From Macrostomum lignano (Eukaryota), in NCBI GenBank assembly GCA_002269645.1, contig NIVC01004255.1, positions 1 through 52,939 on the forward strand: 52,939 bases of DNA. The letters are read 5' to 3'. A model generated the notes under the pieces. The model searched no databases. It saw nothing but the letters and a program-made list of their open reading frames with translations, and had not been told where the DNA came from. This document shows positions 50,827-52,939 of the stretch, in pieces. Within the stretch, counting starts at the first letter, position 1, and every line of letters begins with the position of its first letter. The position numbers were made by a program, and so were the translations under genes.

Positions 50827-51636
50827 CTGTCTTTAATATTGCGTAATCACTCTATTACTGGCAATATCATAGGGGAATCAAGTAAGCGCGGATGTGACAT
50901 TTGTCTAATTACTCGAAATTATGAGCTTTTTGATGGTCACAGATTTTCCAAGCTTCGCACGGATGCGCAACTAAAGTAGAAAGAAGGACGCTGGATTCGA
51001 TTTTTCCTAGAAATGGGCTGGTAAGAAAAGGAGCGTATATATTTGCCTTATGTAACTCTACGAATGGCGCTAAAGGGGTTTGGCCATAGACAAATTCGGT
51101 GGAAAAAATCCGATGCCATAGACATGTGCAGAAAATCAGCAACCAATTCGGTCTAAACTGCGTTCTATTTGGGCTAGCTAACGATATAGAGCGCAAAAAA
51201 GGTATACTACACTCCAGCAGTCCATGCCTGCTCCTTGATAGATTGATAATTCCATAGCAACTGACTCATTAGCACAGCGTGGACAATATCGCACATTCAT
51301 CCAGTTGGATACGTCTACAGTCGAACAATGCAAACAAGAAAGAGTTGCAGCAGTATATCGTAAGCAAGCAGAAGGAAAGAATAAGCTAATGGAAAAAATC
51401 GACACTTACTTTTATTAGCTGAAAAGTGACTCATGCTAGCTGCTGAACTTGGAGCCAAACCTGCTTGCTGGACGACCAATTGCTATTGCAGACATTGCAG
51501 CTTAGGCATGGCTCTGCAGATGGATGAGTGGGCTGGGTATATTGGCTGGCGTTCCAATTTCTACGCATGTAGCCATGGGCGTGCCTAGTTGTGATTTTAC
51601 CGACTGTATCTTTCAAGGTATCATGTCTGCGTTCTT

Positions 51637-52165
51637 TAGTGTCTTATTAGTACCACAATATGTCTTTCTTTGGTGTCTTATTAGTACCACAATATGTCTT
51701 TCTTTGGTGTCTTATTAGTACCACAATATGTCTTTCTTTGGTGTCTTATTAGTACCACAATGTGTCTTCCTTTAGTGTCTTATTAGTACCACAATATGTC
51801 TTTCTTGGTGTCTTATTAGTACCACAATATGTCTTTCTTTGGTGTCTTATTAGTACCACAATATGTCTTTCTTTGGTGTCTTATTAGTACCACAATATGT
51901 CTTTCTTTGGTGTCTTACTAGTACCACAATATGTCTTTCTTTAGTGTCTTATTAGTACCACAATGTGTCTTCCTTTAGTGTCTTATTAGTACCACAATAT
52001 GTCTTTCTTTGGTGTCTTATTAGTATCACAATGTCTTCTTTAGTCTTATTAGTATCACAATGTCTTCTTTAGAGTCTTATTAGTATCACAATGTCTTCTT
52101 TAGAGTCTTATTAGTACCACAATATGTCTTCTTTAGAGTCTTATTAGTATCACAATGTCTGTCTT
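51637..52165. repeat. 34-bp minisatellite, ~15 copies, shortening toward the 3' end
   Basis: Unit GTGTCTTATTAGTACCACAATATGTCTTTCTTTG. Confidence 0.96.
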
Positions 52166-52939
52166 CTTGGGATGTCTTATCAGAATCGTGAATGTTCCAA
52201 AATCTCTGCACGACTGTCCCTCCATGGACCCTGGCGGTTGAAAAAGTCGGAATTCGTCATGGAATTTGTTATTCTATTAAGAAATTTCAAGTGCCATTAG
52301 TCCTACTGTTTATAGGACCTAAAAATCTGCACAACTATCAGTCAAACAAATCTATATTCAAGCTCCGTATTTTCTCACGAAGTCTTTCACTTTATAATAT
52401 TTAACCCGTGGCTATTAATATATATATTATTTATTTATCTTTGTCCAACTCCCAAAGAGGATATGAAGGATAGAATAATTAATTAATAGTTAATGGGATA
52501 TGCTGACTAAGAGAGAGAGAGAGTGTGTGTGTGTCTGTGGGAGATGGACATGGCATCGTTAATTGCTGATGATAAATTGTCCAGGCAGGTACAAACACAC
52601 ACACACACAGAATAAGTGACTGCAACAGTTCCAGCCTGATACTAGATTAGTGGTTTTTGTTCACTCATATTTGTGGACTTAAGCTAAACCAACAGCTTAT
52701 ATTGGTGTGTAATGTAGAAATAATGACCCCCATAAGCCACCAGTTCGTGTGTACACACACAGCGCACACGAAACTGTTTTTTTACCCTCGTGCGCTGTCT
52801 TAAGGACCGCGCGGGATATTTCAGAAGCAGCAGCAACAGTCAGCTTTTGTCCCCGGAATTTTTCTCCTCTCTTCCGCAAGAAGTGAAAAGGTTAGATACA
52901 TAGATATACAGGAAGCTATGCCAGTCTACAACTGAGGAA

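Noticed and set aside
51255-51422. Plus-strand frame ATDSLAQRGQYRTFIQLD...KIDTYFIS that looks coiled-coil-like
   Set aside because: No start codon or phase-compatible upstream exon. Its purine richness is explained by the minus-strand pyrimidine tract of the 95-nt intron.

Overview
Eukaryotic (animal) genomic DNA, not prokaryotic: about 55-60% of the window is some 23 different tandem arrays (units 4-142 bp) lying in introns and intergenic gaps. Four protein-coding genes can be rebuilt by hand from splice sites. (1) Ribosome biogenesis factor BRX1 (+, one coding exon 18120-19148, no ATG of its own at the 5' end). (2) Glomulin/GLMN (+, 3 exons, 609 aa). (3) A GPI-anchored Ly6/quiver-type three-finger protein (-, 2 exons split by a 4.8-kb minisatellite, 182 aa). 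(4) An unrecognised 5-exon type-I membrane protein (+, 225 aa) that the ORF track shows only in fragments. A possible fifth gene lies at 43.7-51.4 kb. Five MITEs show inverted termini and target-site duplications. The architecture resembles a Macrostomum-like free-living flatworm (inference only). The most notable signal is that the BRX1 frame opens exactly at a splice acceptor, in phase for the 3'-terminal AUG of a flatworm spliced leader, with GLMN downstream as a candidate operon partner. Almost all long ORFs in the supplied track are artefacts of tandem repeats. No CRISPR array, rRNA, tRNA or intact transposase was seen.
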